A stretch of DNA of 16,173 nt from Polyangiaceae bacterium. Its GTDB lineage: Bacteria > Myxococcota_A > Polyangia > Polyangiales > Polyangiaceae. Positions 15,832 to 16,173 of this stretch are shown piece by piece. The first letter of the stretch is position 1. Each line of letters begins with the position of its first letter. A program made the translations under genes and the position numbers. The stretch is taken from contig JANRKO010000055.1 in assembly GCA_033763455.1 (NCBI GenBank), forward strand, positions 1-16,173. Direction: 5' to 3'. Below the pieces are notes generated by a model. It had not been told where the DNA came from. It was given only the letters and a program-made list of their open reading frames with translations, and did not search any database.

Positions 15832-16173
15832 GGCATCTCCGAGGTGGGCGATGGCGCTTCTGACGCGGGCGTTTGGGCCTCTGCGAATTCAGGAGCGCCA
15901 ATGATCGACTTGAGGATCTCAACCACGTTCCCCCCGCTATTCACAGCAGCACTCTCGAGAGTCGAGAGCCGGGCGGCCTCGGAGGCCGATAAGGCCCGAC
16001 CGAGTGACCACTCCAATGCGGTCCGGCCAAAACATTTCTGTACCTGCGGAGAGGCGGCAAGCGTCCGCGCAAGCTCAGCCGGTGATGCAAACGGCAGCTC
16101 TCGGCCATCAGCGTTCAGGCTCCCGGATAGATCCCATGCCTTGCCAGATGGATCTTCTGCCACGAAGCGCCCC
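15828..16173 (-). CDS. C-terminal part of a DUF1592/DUF1588/DUF1585-type protein (5' part outside the window)
   Basis: The frame is open to the window edge: GRFVAED..G...D.SG...ELA..LA.S..V..CF......SLGR...I...PEF. It has an ATGA overlap with the DUF1552 gene, the usual partner arrangement. Confidence 0.8.
   Translation of the reverse strand, partial: GRFVAEDPSGKAWDLSGSLNADGRELPFASPAELARTLAASPQVQKCFGRTALEWSLGRALSASEAARLSTLESAAVNSGGNVVEILKSIIGAPEFAEAQTPASEAPSPTSEMP

Overview
GC-rich bacterial DNA, most likely myxobacterial (MYXO-CTERM-like sorting tail, Cys-rich lipoproteins, DUF1552/DUF1585-type gene pair). The left ~7 kb is an accessory mosaic. It holds the left end of an IS3-family element running off the window start, a frameshifted GspG-like pseudopilin gene, an isolated tmRNA-type 3' end (probable att site), and two convergent type II toxin-antitoxin modules. 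It also holds a decayed tyrosine integrase fragment, a Cys-rich lipoprotein, two gene scraps and a large surface protein. An exact 24-bp direct repeat (808-831 and 7035-7058; 31/33 when extended) brackets most of this mosaic, and a degenerate third copy sits between the two TA modules. The right part encodes an ATP-grasp-like protein, a c-type cytochrome lipoprotein, a compact NAD-linked formate dehydrogenase operon (mini-NuoE/NuoF fusion, Cys-type FDH alpha, FocA-type channel) and the end of a DUF1585/DUF1552 cluster. All calls come from motif recognition by eye; no searches were run.
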